Assembly (NCBI GenBank): GCA_963823335.1
Contig: CAWGLD010000001.1
Location: forward strand, 576,001 to 640,000
Source: an uncultured delta proteobacterium
Lineage (GTDB): Bacteria > Desulfobacterota > Desulfobacteria > Desulfobacterales > B30-G6
Direction of reading: 5' to 3'
DNA length: 64,000 bases
This document shows positions 63,386 to 64,000 of this stretch, in pieces; position 1 is the stretch's first letter, and the number at the start of each line of letters is the position of its first letter. Both the position numbers and the translations under genes were made by a program. The notes under the pieces were generated by a model. It ran no database searches, was not told the DNA's origin, and saw only the letters and a list, made by a program, of their open reading frames with translations.

Positions 63386-63802
63386 TCATCCTCTGGGCGG
63401 ACTAACCATGGCCTCCCCTTGCAGCACAATGACGGCATCCTGATTCATACAGACTGTTTTCAGACGCACCTTTTTCTTGTCTATTTTTTCGACCACTTCC
63501 ACGCGCGCAGTGATGGTATCCCCCATGTAAACCGGTGCTAAAAAAGAGAGGGTCTGCTGCATGTAGATCGATCCGGGGCCCGGAAGTTGTGTCCCTATCA
63601 CGGCCGATATCAACCCTGCCGAAAGCATGCCATGTGCAATACGCGTCTTAAAAAAAGTACTCCGGGCATAAGCTTCATTGACATGGGCTGGATTGAAATC
63701 CCCTGAAATTCCCGCATACAGATAGATGTCCGCCTCTGAAAACGTCTTGGAGAATTCAGCACTATCCCCCAGGCAGAGCTGATCATATGTTTTTCCGATC
63801 AT
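63386..63802 (-). CDS. MaoC family (R)-specific enoyl-CoA hydratase
   Basis: SGDFNPAH, RIAHGML, LPGPG and FLAPV..GD motifs. Confidence 0.93.
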   Translation of the reverse strand: MIGKTYDQLCLGDSAEFSKTFSEADIYLYAGISGDFNPAHVNEAYARSTFFKTRIAHGMLSAGLISAVIGTQLPGPGSIYMQQTLSFLAPVYMGDTITARVEVVEKIDKKKVRLKTVCMNQDAVIVLQGEAMVSPPRG

Positions 63803-64000
63803 CGGTGACTCCTTTGACTTCATTTCTTTATTCTGAACCACCTGTTTTCAAGTCAGGTTACTTTTCGTGATCGTGTCTGTCAACAAGGTATATTTTAGTC
63901 GCACTCCTACAAATTTCTACCTTGACATATCGAGCATATGAACCCTATTGTTAGTGAATAATTAAATCGATAGCCCCTGGGTGAAAATTTTCATGACAGG

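Overview
This 64-kb window is bacterial chromosome; gene content and intergenic repeat style suggest an anaerobic Desulfobacterota-like organism (inference). From left to right it holds: (i) a W/Mo aldehyde:ferredoxin oxidoreductase (AOR) cluster with a Zn-ribbon-like small protein, two Fe-S subunits, an EutA-like ATPase without eutBC in view, and MoaD; (ii) IclR, HD protein, mutM and an exported DsbA-like protein that the ORF track splits because its active site is an in-frame TGA (UPYC, probable selenocysteine); (iii) lutABC/lldEFG interrupted by an 18-bp mini-hairpin array; (iv) a mosaic, partly AT-rich accessory region (about 11.8-37.5 kb) with SelO, MttB-family, MFS, fadH, uvsE, an Mla/Pqi-type ABC operon, two candidate small transcripts, many deletion-scarred pseudogenes and a stack of decayed islands integrated at the 3' end of tmRNA; (v) the tmRNA gene (37538-37890, minus strand, tag ADDYNYALAA); (vi) mostly housekeeping and metabolic genes (queG, aspartate kinase, tesA-ybbPA-like, DASS transporter, PhoH, cysteine desulfidase-like, MaoC) separated by several families of dispersed palindromic repeats. 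No CRISPR array, rRNA, complete tRNA, reverse transcriptase or intact transposase/integrase was seen. All family assignments come from motif recognition by eye; no database search was run.
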